Notes: generated by a model not told the origin, from the sequence alone. Positions 20,901-29,974 are shown, numbered from the stretch's first letter. The stretch is 64,000 bases of DNA from an uncultured Gammaproteobacteria bacterium (GCA_964397195.1 CAYNGY010000003.1:5836-69835), one strand, 5' to 3'. Translations and numbers: made by a program.

Positions 20901-21316
20901 GCACTCTGGGGGACGTAGGTGAGGTTGTTACCGGCCAGCTCGTCAAAGAGGAGCACGCCACCGCCGGTGCAAAAAGCAGTGCCAATGTTTCGGTACTCGA
21001 TTTTGTAGGTAATGACGTCTGTTGGCGCTATCGGGTTGGTGATAGTTGGGGAAATGGTCTTTTCTATCCACAAATTACAGACCGGGGTGGGCGTCAGGGC
21101 TGATTCGGGCGTGACTGTTGTTTTGGCGCTGTCGATCGGGGTCTCGGTCGTGACGGCTGGGGTTTCGGTTTCAGCGGCTCGAGCCATAGTTGGCTGCAGG
21201 AACACCCAGGTCATTGAAACGTTGAGGAGCATGGAAAGGGCCACCAACGCATTGGTGGTTTTCCACAGTCGCTCGCGAATTGTCTTCCTCGGGAGGAGGT
21301 TCACTCGGAGAGTCAT
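17900..21316 (-). CDS. Large surface protein with SdrD-B-like and DUF11-like Ig repeats and a C-terminal sortase signal
   Basis: Signal peptide (MARA), GYKWNDLNGNG and KFNDLNNDG domains, LSITKS..VTYTVVVTN..TDTLPNGF repeats, then LATTG + TM + basic tail. Start taken at ATG 21316; 21343 is possible. Confidence 0.85.
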   Translation of the reverse strand: MTLRVNLLPRKTIRERLWKTTNALVALSMLLNVSMTWVFLQPTMARAAETETPAVTTETPIDSAKTTVTPESALTPTPVCNLWIEKTISPTITNPIAPTDVITYKIEYRNIGTAFCTGGGVLLFDELAGNNLTYVPQSAAITLIENDQDLQNNDPAPELISGFTGAGSHKQLANLHEIGPNEHGILTLQAKPVTKTICSWTVKNTGWTDGDQAASDRQFQSSNVTVQNSAYCPNGKISGHKYDTNQDGLANWKICLKPSAHTDALAAETTTPTCVFTNQSGYYEFTGLTSGDYDVWETLQAGWEYVTPANGSYTHVAVQSPNTVVKDFVNRQMTGALTVNKMVDENGTGQYIGVTGTATPFRWGLAGDAIANDRYMGSSEGNLLPDDYTVTEKPVADYDFVGWFYNASPTNNVRYTCTNPQFTTQPIIAHVTADATTEITLCNQRRTGTITFEKKVLGGNESPSAWTFTIDGVQGTYHHGDSVTLPLGNYTVTESGPSGYASDSVSGVCSDLKGTSASLSVTAQGGTCTFVNARETGTIKVNKMVDTTGTGQYIADNGLANTLGFRWQANGGADTLMGASVSVPTGWTNITESDVTGYHMTGWFYGTDGSCSNRDESKTFSTTGISGISAWVNVNAETEITLCNQRDTGAIEGYKWNDLNGNGVWDANEPVISGITMQTSHGQSAITNTLGYYRIDNIPTGTESITEVLPVGWINTNHTLTVTGISITFNGVARVDFGNFQRTSIGGQKFNDLNNDGLKTAGEPGLANWTIQLYTFDAFRFAHPEIYGLNDGFIATVTTTTDVSGNFTFSDLGPGTYRIREINQAGWTQTSTNPADVSLVSGTPVAVQFGNHQDPPTIVKSPSLSITKSNTIVGFTNPGKTVTYTVVVTNAAAATDIAKNVILTDTLPNGFTFVDTGLATKTTSLGDLAIGQSKTLTYVVQINGFQPAGTYINTASAKGDNTTTVIATSTVEVRVPQVLGATSEPTLTIIKTVSPTTTTPGGIITYTITIKNIGDADATNVSIADSLPGGFTFVDTGTRTHTFNLGTIEPSHTRVIHYDVKVGSSVKAGVYKNVAVLTADDLEQQIVKAAVTIKAPAVLGLATTGPSVRDYLIFLAGMVLCAAGLTLTRTARHGRVLA

Positions 21317-21567
21317 ATTCGTACGTCTTTCGTTAAAAAGCATGGGATAAAACGAATTGATAATTGTGAAGAAATCCAGCAGTAAGTACCTGATTTTCCA
21401 TTACAAAAAACACGCAATCGCCCGGTAACGGGCGCTGTATGATTGCAAGGAAGTACTTTTTGTTGAACTTTTTCAGTCGCAGGCCGATAAAACGGCCTTT
21501 TTCAAACAAAGTGCGATACCTGAGGAAGGGGCGAAGGAGAGAGAAGGTGCGCTGTTTTCGTGTCCAT

Positions 21568-21596
21568 ACTTTACTAGCCAGAGACGCGACTGTCAA
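21568..21596 (-). promoter_or_regulatory. Sigma70 promoter for the surface protein-sortase operon
   Basis: Minus-strand TTGACA-N17-TAAAGT, implying an ~245-nt leader. Confidence 0.6.
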
Positions 21597-21671
21597 ATGA
21601 CAGTCGGACGGATTTTTGTCGCGAAAAAAGGCCTAAAGATGGACCATTATACCTATCCACAACCGCTGAAA

Positions 21672-22148
21672 TTACAACCCAGATCGTTTACCAACTACCA
21701 CCACAACAAGGGTCGAAAACGGGTATCCGGAGGGGTTCTTTACGATGGCAATGCCGATATCTTGGTACTTCTTTCCGAGGAGGATGTTTCGGTGATTCAG
21801 CGACTGGCTCCAAGCGGAGACCATTTCTGTTGCAGTTTGGTAATCGGCGGCAATCATTTCGCCGCTCGCCGTTGCCTGGTAGCCAACTTGGCGCATGATG
21901 GCGCTCACAGTGGTCGTTTTGGTGCCGTGACTTAGTTTTGAGGCACGAATGATGTCCTGTGCGCGCAATCGGGCCACGGTGTTTAATCGAACGTTAAGAC
22001 GTAGATTTGCCACATGTTTTGCGACACGTACGGTGTTAATCTTTTGTTGCAGCGTCGCTGTGGACAACGTGGCCGCTTCGGTTCTTAGCGGGACGGCGAT
22101 CAGCGCCGAGCCGATGATGATTGAAACCACTATTCGAACATAGTTCAT
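21672..22148 (-). CDS. CAP (SCP-like) domain secreted protein
   Basis: INTVR..L..N.RL..VA..RAQD...SH, GEMIA, WSQSLNHRNIL, DIGIA. Confidence 0.85.
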   Translation of the reverse strand: MNYVRIVVSIIIGSALIAVPLRTEAATLSTATLQQKINTVRVAKHVANLRLNVRLNTVARLRAQDIIRASKLSHGTKTTTVSAIMRQVGYQATASGEMIAADYQTATEMVSAWSQSLNHRNILLGKKYQDIGIAIVKNPSGYPFSTLVVVVVGKRSGL

Positions 22149-22226
22149 GGCCAAACGGTACCACGACATATCGTATTGCTCAACTTGCTTGAACGGGCGG
22201 AATTAGGGATACTATAGCCATACGCT

Positions 22227-23303
22227 ATGAAGTTGGTCATTTTTGCTGGTGGGAGCGGAACGCGGCTCTGGCCAGTCTCGCGAAAACACATTCCAAAACA
22301 AGCCCAACCGTTTGGTGATCGTGAGACGTTGCTCCAAAAAACGTATGCGCGATTGCGTCGTGGCTTTCGTACGCAAGATATTTGGTTAGCCACCGGTGCC
22401 GATCAGGCGCGGCTTTTGCGACGTCAACTGCCGGCGATGCCAAAAGATCAAATTATTATCGAACCGGCTCGTCGTGACACATCGGCGGCTATTGGCCTAG
22501 CCGCAACAATTCTTCATGCAAAATTTCCGCGGGAGATTATGGCCACGGTTTGGGCTGATTCCTATATTAAAGATCCGGATCACTACATCCAGTCGGTGAA
22601 ACGCGCTGGTCGGGTTATACGTCAGTATCCGGATCGGACCGTGCTGATTGGTCTGAAACCACGCTATGCTGACACGGGGTTAGGGTATTTACAGTTAAAA
22701 CGGAAAATAACATCGGTGGGCGGTATGCCGGTGTATCGGCTTGACCGTTTTGTAGAGAAACCAGATCAGAAAACGGCCGATAGGTTTGTGCGGAGCTGGA
22801 AGTATCTGTGGAATCCGGGAATGTTTATGTTTCGTTTGGATGCGATGTTACATAAATACGAGCGGTGGATGCCGGATTCGGCCGAAAAATTGCGGCAAAT
22901 TGCGACAGCGCTCAATACTCCCCGCGAAATGGCAACACTTCGCCGGATCTATCCGACGATGGAAAAGAAAGCCATTGAGTTTGCGATCATGGAAAAAGAC
23001 TCACAACTACTTGCGATTCCGGGAACGTTTATTTGGTCAGATGTTGGGACCTGGGCGGCAGTCCATGAAATGCTTGCTCGCCATCCGCGGCACAATGTAA
23101 CGAAGGGCAGGCACGTCAGCATTGACTCGGCCGGGAATTTGCTTTTCAGTTTCTCGGATAAAGTGATTGCCACGGCCGGGCTACATGATATGGTCGTGAT
23201 CGAGACGGATGACGCGATTTTAGTTTGTCCGCGGAATCGGACCCAGGATGTACGAGCCATCGTTCAGGAGATGGAAAAACAGCATTTACACGCACACCTA
23301 TGA
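22227..23303 (+). CDS. manC: Mannose-1-phosphate guanylyltransferase
   Basis: AGGSGTRLWPVSR, EP.RRDT, FVEKPD, WNPGMF, WSDVGTW. Confidence 0.92.
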   Translation: MKLVIFAGGSGTRLWPVSRKHIPKQAQPFGDRETLLQKTYARLRRGFRTQDIWLATGADQARLLRRQLPAMPKDQIIIEPARRDTSAAIGLAATILHAKFPREIMATVWADSYIKDPDHYIQSVKRAGRVIRQYPDRTVLIGLKPRYADTGLGYLQLKRKITSVGGMPVYRLDRFVEKPDQKTADRFVRSWKYLWNPGMFMFRLDAMLHKYERWMPDSAEKLRQIATALNTPREMATLRRIYPTMEKKAIEFAIMEKDSQLLAIPGTFIWSDVGTWAAVHEMLARHPRHNVTKGRHVSIDSAGNLLFSFSDKVIATAGLHDMVVIETDDAILVCPRNRTQDVRAIVQEMEKQHLHAHL

Positions 23304-24319
23304 TTTGGCGCTGGATTGCTGGGGGAATAAGTCTGGTTGTCCTGGCTCTCGTAGGCGGGACATGGTGGGTTTTTCATGAAGTCTCGACGGTGAGCCGCAA
23401 CGAGCGGTCGGTTAATATTTCCATCCAAAAAGGTGAGGGGATTCGCTCGGTCGCCCAGGAACTTTTTAGCGCTAACCTGATCCCGAATCGCCAAGCCTGG
23501 CTGGCGTATGCTGGTTTGACCGGACGATTTAAGACGTTGTTACCGGGAACCTATGTCATCGAGCCTCAGACGAGCGGTAAGGCGCTGCTCGAGCGATTCT
23601 CGCTTGGTCCAATCGAAGATAATGAGGTGACGGTGACCATTCATGAAGGTCAGCATTTGAGTGACATCGCCACCCTGCTTGAGACAAAAGGCGTAGTTTC
23701 GGCCGATGCGTTTTTGACGCTGGCCCGTCACCCTTCGTCTTTCCTTTCAACTTGGCCGACGGATCTGTTCGCGAGTAAGCCGACGTCAGTTGATCTTGAG
23801 GGGTATTTGTTTCCCGATACCTACCGATTTTTCAAAAACTCTACGGCGGAGACCGTCATTCAGCGGATGGTCGAGACGATGGACGCGAAGTTGACCACGG
23901 ATCTTCGAACAGATATTACTGCGAGCGGCCACTCGATTCATGAGATCATAACGATGGCTTCAATTCTTGAACGTGAGGGTAAAAATACCGCTGACTGGGC
24001 GATGATCGCTGATATTTTTTGGCGACGGATAGCACTTGGCATGCCCCTCCAATCTGATGCGACGGTCAATTATGCACTCGGTAATACGAACCAGGCCACG
24101 ACCTCCATTGCCGATACCCAGACGGATTCCCCTTATAATACGTATGTGAACAAGGGTTTACCGCCGGGCCCGATAGATAATCCTGGCCTAGAAACGATTA
24201 AAGCGGCGATTCATCCGACGCCGAATGAGTACCTATTTTTCATCACGGTGAATGGAAAAGCGGTATTCGCCAGAACCTATCCCGAACATCTGAGAAACAA
24301 GCACACCTACCTTAAATAG
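23300..24319 (+). CDS. mltG: Endolytic transglycosylase
   Basis: N-terminal TM, LEGYLFPDTY, ASILEREG, LQSDATV, SPYNTY..GLPPGPI. Start at ATG 23300. Confidence 0.93.
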   Translation: MIWRWIAGGISLVVLALVGGTWWVFHEVSTVSRNERSVNISIQKGEGIRSVAQELFSANLIPNRQAWLAYAGLTGRFKTLLPGTYVIEPQTSGKALLERFSLGPIEDNEVTVTIHEGQHLSDIATLLETKGVVSADAFLTLARHPSSFLSTWPTDLFASKPTSVDLEGYLFPDTYRFFKNSTAETVIQRMVETMDAKLTTDLRTDITASGHSIHEIITMASILEREGKNTADWAMIADIFWRRIALGMPLQSDATVNYALGNTNQATTSIADTQTDSPYNTYVNKGLPPGPIDNPGLETIKAAIHPTPNEYLFFITVNGKAVFARTYPEHLRNKHTYLK

Positions 24320-24326
24320 CCTGATC

Positions 24327-24470
24327 TTGACAGGTTTTTCGTTTTCACGTAGTCTGTCGGTACTTCCAGAGACCATCGGTCTCCGCCTCGGGCGGAGATA
24401 ATGACCGCCCAGGTCGCCGATCGAGGGAGAAACCAATCGGTTTCTTGGTCTGTGGAGACACAGATTTTTT
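24327..24470 (+). promoter_or_regulatory. rplJ promoter and probable L10 leader RNA
   Basis: TTGACA-N17-TAGTCT, then AGAC-C-ATCGG..CCGAT stem with a CTCCGCC/GGCGGAG hairpin and TAA, ahead of rplJ. Confidence 0.65.
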
Positions 24471-24490
24471 CGACTTTATCCTAGTTCTCT

Positions 24491-25024
24491 ATGGCGAAAT
24501 CACGTGTCGCAAAGAACCAAGAGCATGACGCTCTGGTCGATCGTCTTGGACGATCAGCTTCAGTTGTGTTCATCGGCTATTCGGGCTTGTCCGTCAAAGA
24601 TGTGACCGACCTTCGGGGTCGGTTGCGTAAATCTGATGCGGAGCTCGTGGCGGTAAAGAAAACGGTCTTGCGCCGCGCGTTGACGAGCGCGAACTACAAT
24701 GCGGATGAGGTGGATGCGCTGAATGGAGAGATTGCTCTCGCGTTTGGCTTCACTGATGAAATTACGCCGGCCAAGATTCTCGCCGCCTTCGCGAAAGATC
24801 ACCAAGCGGTGGTGTTTAAGGGCGGACTGGTGAATGGGCAGTTCCTGACGGCGAGCGCCGCCAAGTCGCTCTCCCTGATGCCGGGTCGTGACGAACTTCG
24901 TGCCAAGCTGGTCTGGGTTATTGGTTCGCCGGTTTCAGGACTCGTTAACGTCTTGGCTGGAACGATTCGTGGTTTCGTCCAAGTTCTCAGCGCCCGTCAG
25001 GAGTCGTTACATACATCTTCATAA
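24491..25024 (+). CDS. rplJ: 50S ribosomal protein L10
   Basis: YSGLSV..LR..LR, VKKT, LPxRDEL-type C-terminus; adjacent to L7/L12. Confidence 0.95.
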   Translation: MAKSRVAKNQEHDALVDRLGRSASVVFIGYSGLSVKDVTDLRGRLRKSDAELVAVKKTVLRRALTSANYNADEVDALNGEIALAFGFTDEITPAKILAAFAKDHQAVVFKGGLVNGQFLTASAAKSLSLMPGRDELRAKLVWVIGSPVSGLVNVLAGTIRGFVQVLSARQESLHTSS

Positions 25025-25058
25025 TCATTCAGTTAATTATTTTTTGAAAGGAACGTAT

Positions 25059-25466
25059 ATGTCAGACGATACGCAGAAAACAGTCGAGGTCCCAGCGAAG
25101 TTCAAAGAACTTGTCGAGAGCATTGAAAAGCTCTCGGTCATGGATCTGTCCGAACTCGTTAAAGTCCTTGAAGAGAAGTTTGGGGTAAGTGCGGCGGCGC
25201 CAATGATGATGGCGGCGGCGCCAGCGGCCGGTGACGCAGCAGCGGTTGAAGAAAAGTCTTCGTTCAACGTTGAGCTGGTCGCGGCAGGTTCGAACAAAAT
25301 TGCGGTCATCAAGGTGGTCCGCGAAGTTACCGGTAAGGGCCTGAAAGAAGCGAAGGATATGGTTGATGCGGCCCCGAAAGTCGTCAAAGAAGGCGCATCG
25401 AAAGAAGAGGCTGAGACCTTAAAGAAACAGCTTGAAGAAGCTGGGGCCCAAGTGGCGCTGAAATAA
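25059..25466 (+). CDS. rplL: 50S ribosomal protein L7/L12
   Basis: [27 protein letters not shown]. Start at ATG 25059. Confidence 0.97.
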   Translation: MSDDTQKTVEVPAKFKELVESIEKLSVMDLSELVKVLEEKFGVSAAAPMMMAAAPAAGDAAAVEEKSSFNVELVAAGSNKIAVIKVVREVTGKGLKEAKDMVDAAPKVVKEGASKEEAETLKKQLEEAGAQVALK

Positions 25467-25477
25467 TCTCGGTATGG

Positions 25478-25505
25478 TAAACAACCGCCTCACGGCGGTT
25501 GTTTA
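25478..25505. terminator. Bidirectional intrinsic terminator
   Basis: TAAACAACCGCC-TCAC-GGCGGTTGTTTA between convergent genes. Confidence 0.85.
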
Positions 25506-27746
25506 TTTTACTGGGAGATCGTAACTGTCTACCTGGGTGCCGCGAAGAACGTAGATTTTCTTCGCGGTTTCATCAATCGAGAAATCGGTCGCTGTCCCCA
25601 GATCGGCCGACACCAGTTGTCGCTGGAGGGCGCCTTCTTTTGAGAAAACGATAATTCGTTTCTGTGATGGATCGAGCACGTACAGTGATGTGCTAGCTGT
25701 GGTTGACCAGAGGTGGGTGAGAGAGGTGAGGGTGGGGACAATCGCATCCGTTTTCCATGATGCTTTCCGACCACTGAAATACTTTTCGATGTTCCCGTTC
25801 TTATATCCAATATATACAGACCCATCGACGATCAGGTCGACTCCGTTTTGCAGAGACGGGGTATCCTTGAGCCAGTTTACTGGGCCGCTGAATGTTGTGC
25901 CCGCTTTGGTATAGCGTAAAAGACGACTTGCTTGGGTATCGAGCATATACAGGCGCTGTTCGAAGGCGGTCATACTTGCGACGGTCGGTCGCGGTGTTGA
26001 GAAGGTCGCTTCACTGGGTACCCACGTATTGTTGGCCGGGTTGTACTCGACAATGCCTGGGCGATCGGTGGTCATGACAATGCGGGTGCCTTGGACCGTC
26101 GCTGCAACGGGTGTGCCAATATCTGGTGCCGTGGCGGCGGCCGTGACGTCCTTCGTCGTGCGTTGGATCGCCCAGATGTTGGCGTGGTCATACTGGACGA
26201 CGTAGACTGAGGTTCCGATTAGGACGAGTCGATTCGGTTTCTGGGCACCGTGGGATTGCAGATCGGCCAGTGCTGTACTGGCACCGAGTGCAACTTCGTG
26301 AGCCAGCGCAGCCCGGATGGTGGCCAGGTCGCCGACGAGCCGGTCGTGGGTCTCACGATCGGTCTTGCGCTTGGTCGGTAGCGTAGTCAGCTTCGTTTCG
26401 GCAGTCGCGAGGGCTTCACGAGCAATAGATTCACCGCCATATGCAAGGGCCGCACGAGCGCGGGTAATCTCAGCCTCGACCTCGGTGGCGGTAGTTTGTG
26501 CAGTGACGGGTGATGTTGGCGTTCCGTTTCTGGCCAGAATTGCAGAAAGCAAGATGAGGCCGACAAGAATAACGGCACCAATGCCCCGCTGAACACGGTT
26601 CGTCCGTGACCACCAACCCAAGATCCGATGCGGAATAGACGTTCTGACGGTGGATGGAACGGGTGTGGTGGTCCGCTCCGGGCGTCGGATCATCCGTCGA
26701 ACATTTTGTGCGCCGATAACGGCTGAGGCACTCATTCGGCGGAAAGCGCTACGGACAAGTCCAAGGTTTGCCCCGAGGTTGAGACGGGGAATTGTCGTCG
26801 ATTCTCGCACCGGCGGTACTATCGGCGTACCAGTGTTAATGAGTGTGCGGCGCGGAGGGCGACGGAGTACGAGTGTGCGGAAGCCACGATCAATGGTGCG
26901 CCAAACGGAGGCGGCGGTTTCTTTAATGGCCGGCCAAACTGAGGGCGTCAGAATCCGCTCGGTCGTTCGTTCCGTACTAATCAGTTCATCCATCGAGCGC
27001 TGTGGGGCTTGTCGATGAGGTGTCGGACGTTCAACGACGTGAGGCGACGCCGGCGTAATACTGATCGGCGCTTCGGCCTCGGCGGAGACTGAAACGACGA
27101 GTGCGCCGAAAGCCATGCTTGGGTCGACGTCAATCAGGGCCTGCTCAAAAAGTCGGACCGATTCATTCGGAGTGTGGTCGAGCACGGTGCGTCGAATCTT
27201 TTCCAGCGAGAAATAGTCGAGGAGTGAGGGCAGACATATCAGAATGCGGTCAGCGGCTTCAACTTGGCCGGCGATGACATGCCCAAAGATTCGTAATGGA
27301 TTTGGGGGAGCGCTATCGGTTAGGCCGAGAATGTCGTGTAAACGAGATTTCCGGAGCAGATAGGCATGAACTGAACGTATTGGCGATAAAATGAGATGTG
27401 AGCCTTGAATCGCACCGACGAGAAAATGCGACCGTTGCACCCAATCATTCACTCCATCGGCGATGAGGGCGTGCAGGTGGCGGTTTGTGGCTTGGAGCGT
27501 CTCCTCAAACCGACGCTCAAAGGTTTGAGCTTCCGGCCGATAGAAATTCGTCCGTAGCTCGTCCTGCAAAATTCCAATGATTTCGTGGTTGACGTGGGCA
27601 GCGGAGTCGATCGCGCTGAGTAAAAAAATCTTCCCAAGGCCAGCGTCTTCGGTGTTCGTCGGTCGCCCAATCCAAACATTCACCGTACTTCGGGATCGGC
27701 TTGGGTCGTAGAGTAAAAGTGGTTCACACTCGGCGCGTAGAGGCAT
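25503..27746 (-). CDS. Membrane protein with a degenerate PP2C-like N-terminal domain, one TM and an extracellular NHL-type beta-propeller
   Basis: HAYLLR and GQVEAADRILICLPSL resemble PP2C strands. TM GIGAVILVGLILLSAIL. LYMLD, VDGSVYI and LYVLDP..KRIIVFSK blades. Confidence 0.6.
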   Translation of the reverse strand: MPLRAECEPLLLYDPSRSRSTVNVWIGRPTNTEDAGLGKIFLLSAIDSAAHVNHEIIGILQDELRTNFYRPEAQTFERRFEETLQATNRHLHALIADGVNDWVQRSHFLVGAIQGSHLILSPIRSVHAYLLRKSRLHDILGLTDSAPPNPLRIFGHVIAGQVEAADRILICLPSLLDYFSLEKIRRTVLDHTPNESVRLFEQALIDVDPSMAFGALVVSVSAEAEAPISITPASPHVVERPTPHRQAPQRSMDELISTERTTERILTPSVWPAIKETAASVWRTIDRGFRTLVLRRPPRRTLINTGTPIVPPVRESTTIPRLNLGANLGLVRSAFRRMSASAVIGAQNVRRMIRRPERTTTPVPSTVRTSIPHRILGWWSRTNRVQRGIGAVILVGLILLSAILARNGTPTSPVTAQTTATEVEAEITRARAALAYGGESIAREALATAETKLTTLPTKRKTDRETHDRLVGDLATIRAALAHEVALGASTALADLQSHGAQKPNRLVLIGTSVYVVQYDHANIWAIQRTTKDVTAAATAPDIGTPVAATVQGTRIVMTTDRPGIVEYNPANNTWVPSEATFSTPRPTVASMTAFEQRLYMLDTQASRLLRYTKAGTTFSGPVNWLKDTPSLQNGVDLIVDGSVYIGYKNGNIEKYFSGRKASWKTDAIVPTLTSLTHLWSTTASTSLYVLDPSQKRIIVFSKEGALQRQLVSADLGTATDFSIDETAKKIYVLRGTQVDSYDLPVK

Positions 27747-27800
27747 ACATGGCGGTTGCCGACAGGTTCCAGTATACTATATTAGGACACACCAGGCGAT

Positions 27801-28376
27801 ATGCGTTCAACTCTTGACCAGCTTCTCGGATCACGGACACGGGCCAAAATCCTGCGTCTCGTCTTAACGAACCCGGAAAAGGCCTATTTTGTTAGGGAAA
27901 TCGTGCGAAAGGTGCGAGAACACCTGAATTCTGTACGCCGGGAACTGACCCTTTTAACAGATATCGGCGTGATCTCTACGGCTGGTGACGGGGTTAAGCG
28001 GTACTACCAAGCGAATCCGTCATATGGGCTTTTTGCGGAGCTAAAGGCTCTTCTCTTTAAAGCCGAAGTACTCGAAGAACAGCAATTATTGAGTGATATC
28101 CAGGGTAGCGGGCGAATACTGTTGTTAGTTTTGACCGGCTTTTTTGTGAATCGAGATGATGTCCCGACGGATGTACTGATTGTCGGAACCGTGAACCGGA
28201 CCCGCTTACAACGATTGATGACCACCTTCCAAGAACATTTTGATCGAGAACTGCATTACACGGTGCTCACCCGTCAGGAATATCTCTATCGCCATGCCCT
28301 GACCGATCGTTTTCTCTATGGCATCCTGAATGGTCCGGGTATCACCGTGATTGATAAGCGCCCGCGCCAACCGTGA
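27801..28376 (+). CDS. Winged-HTH protein with nucleotidyltransferase-like C-terminal domain
   Basis: LLGSRTRAKIL, FVREIVR, NSVRREL, YYQAN, then TGFF...TDVLIVG. Confidence 0.75.
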   Translation: MRSTLDQLLGSRTRAKILRLVLTNPEKAYFVREIVRKVREHLNSVRRELTLLTDIGVISTAGDGVKRYYQANPSYGLFAELKALLFKAEVLEEQQLLSDIQGSGRILLLVLTGFFVNRDDVPTDVLIVGTVNRTRLQRLMTTFQEHFDRELHYTVLTRQEYLYRHALTDRFLYGILNGPGITVIDKRPRQP

Positions 28377-28870
28377 TTTTATTCGTGCAAACAAATATCC
28401 CCGGACGCTTACTCGTCTGGCTCACACTGCCCAGCGGTCGAATCGTCGGTCGGGTGGCGAAAGATATCGGCCCGGGTCAGTCGGACCAGTTATTAGGATT
28501 GGTTGATGATCTGATTCGTCAGCAGCCGGGCAAGGTGGCCGTTAAACGTATCGTTGTTGTTCGTGGCCCGGGGCCTTTTACGCCAATTCGGACCGGTTTC
28601 GTCATCGGTCAGACGCTCGCGATGATCTGGGGCGTTCCAATATTCGGCGTAGTAGCAAAGCATCCACTGACCGATGAACGTGTTGCTACGGCGGTAAAAA
28701 GTCTCGCCGCTAAGAAAGATTCGCGTGGCAGACTTCGCCCGTTCTATGGGCGCCAACCAAATATCAGCCGGCCGAAGCGTACGCCATACTTCGGGGCTCA
28801 ACAGCACGCGGGTCAAGGCCGCGGGCGAACTGCTGTAAAATCAAACCGGAAACGCCGAACCATTCTTTAA
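28373..28870 (+). CDS. tsaB: TsaB-like t6A biosynthesis protein (short form)
   Basis: SDQLL, IVVVRGPGPFTPIRTG...TLA...VP, RPFYG. Confidence 0.7.
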   Translation: MILFVQTNIPGRLLVWLTLPSGRIVGRVAKDIGPGQSDQLLGLVDDLIRQQPGKVAVKRIVVVRGPGPFTPIRTGFVIGQTLAMIWGVPIFGVVAKHPLTDERVATAVKSLAAKKDSRGRLRPFYGRQPNISRPKRTPYFGAQQHAGQGRGRTAVKSNRKRRTIL

Positions 28871-29282
28871 GCGTGGCTGTCGGAACACGCCGAAACGCGG
28901 TAAACGTCCGAATGCCGTGGGCTTCGAGAAAACGTGTCGTCCGTTCGCCGAGGCCCGGGAGGAGACGAATCGGGAGTTCAGCTAAGAACGCGTCGGTGTT
29001 GTTGGCGGTGACAATGGTGCAATGGGGGACGGGTCGGTACAGCGCGGCGGCCCGGGCGGTTGTTTTTTGGCTGCCTGCCCCAAAACGAATATGGGCGCCG
29101 TACATTCCACGCAAGGCGTTGTAGAGTTCGTGGATCCGTCGGCTTGTCATCCAGGGCTCCAAGAGGAAGTAGACGGAGCGCTGGGAGTCAATTTCCCAAG
29201 ACTGAACACCACGGAGCTGTGGGAATAAGTGGCTGCACTGGATGACCGCCGATCGCACTGGAAGCGCAACATAGGCGATCAT
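28764..29282 (-). CDS. Catalytically degenerate Y-family polymerase homolog (ImuB/DinB-like)
   Basis: FGAGSQKTTARAA, FLAELPIRLLPGLGERT..L...GIRT HhH, ARGLDPRAV. No DMD/SIDE catalytic motifs. Start MIAYV at 29282; 29342 is possible. Confidence 0.7.
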   Translation of the reverse strand: MIAYVALPVRSAVIQCSHLFPQLRGVQSWEIDSQRSVYFLLEPWMTSRRIHELYNALRGMYGAHIRFGAGSQKTTARAAALYRPVPHCTIVTANNTDAFLAELPIRLLPGLGERTTRFLEAHGIRTFTAFRRVPTATLKEWFGVSGLILQQFARGLDPRAVEPRSMAYASAG

Positions 29283-29284
29283 AC

Positions 29285-29300
29285 CCGAAGAAAAACCGAA
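29285..29300 (-). promoter_or_regulatory. Putative LexA box TTCGG-N6-TTCGG
   Basis: Minus strand TTCGG TTTTTC TTCGG, 2 nt before ATG 29282. Confidence 0.75.
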
Positions 29301-29350
29301 CTGGGTTTGTGCAACAAATGGTCGTGGGTGAGGATACGACATAGTTTGGC

Positions 29351-29974
29351 TTAGGAGTATTGACGAATCACGCCGAGCACGCGACCCTGGATGATGACCG
29401 AGCGGACATCAAGTGGGGCGTATTTTGGGTTGGCCGGTTGGAGCCGGACGAAATGCTTCTTGCGGAAGAACTTCTTCAACGTCGCGACGCCATCTTCAAG
29501 CAGTGCGACTACTGTGTCACCATCGCGAGCAAAATCCGTTTTTTCGCACACAACATAGTCACCATCAGCGATGAACGACTCGATCATCGAATCACCCTTT
29601 ACCTTGAGAACGTAAGCGTTCTTGCCTTTGACGATCTCTTCGGGTACGGCAATCGTCTGATCACGTGATTCGATCGCTTCGATTGGTAACCCGGCGGCAA
29701 TTGCGCCGACAATTGGGAGTGAAATGCTTTTGGCGACGAGGGACGCAAAGGTGTGCACTTTGGTGCTTAGGCTTAACCCGCGCTCTTCGCCTTCGGCGCG
29801 CTCAATAAATCCGCGTTCTTCGAGGAACTGGAGGTGCTCGTGAACGGTCGAGAGTGCCGAAACACCAAGGTGTTTAGCAATTTCGGTTAACGTCGGCGCG
29901 TAGCCATGCTGGCCGATGTAGTCCTTCAGATATTGGAGGACGCGTTGTTTTGTTTTGGGGAGGATTGGAGTCAT
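29351..29974 (-). CDS. lexA: SOS repressor LexA
   Basis: GYAPTLTEIA HTH, AAG cleavage site, VKGDSM, ATLKK. Start MTPILPK at 29974. Confidence 0.96.
   Translation of the reverse strand: MTPILPKTKQRVLQYLKDYIGQHGYAPTLTEIAKHLGVSALSTVHEHLQFLEERGFIERAEGEERGLSLSTKVHTFASLVAKSISLPIVGAIAAGLPIEAIESRDQTIAVPEEIVKGKNAYVLKVKGDSMIESFIADGDYVVCEKTDFARDGDTVVALLEDGVATLKKFFRKKHFVRLQPANPKYAPLDVRSVIIQGRVLGVIRQYS

Noticed and set aside
27801-28376. MNT-HEPN toxin-antitoxin pair
   Set aside because: The NTase-like motif is degenerate and the neighbour is TsaB-like, not HEPN.
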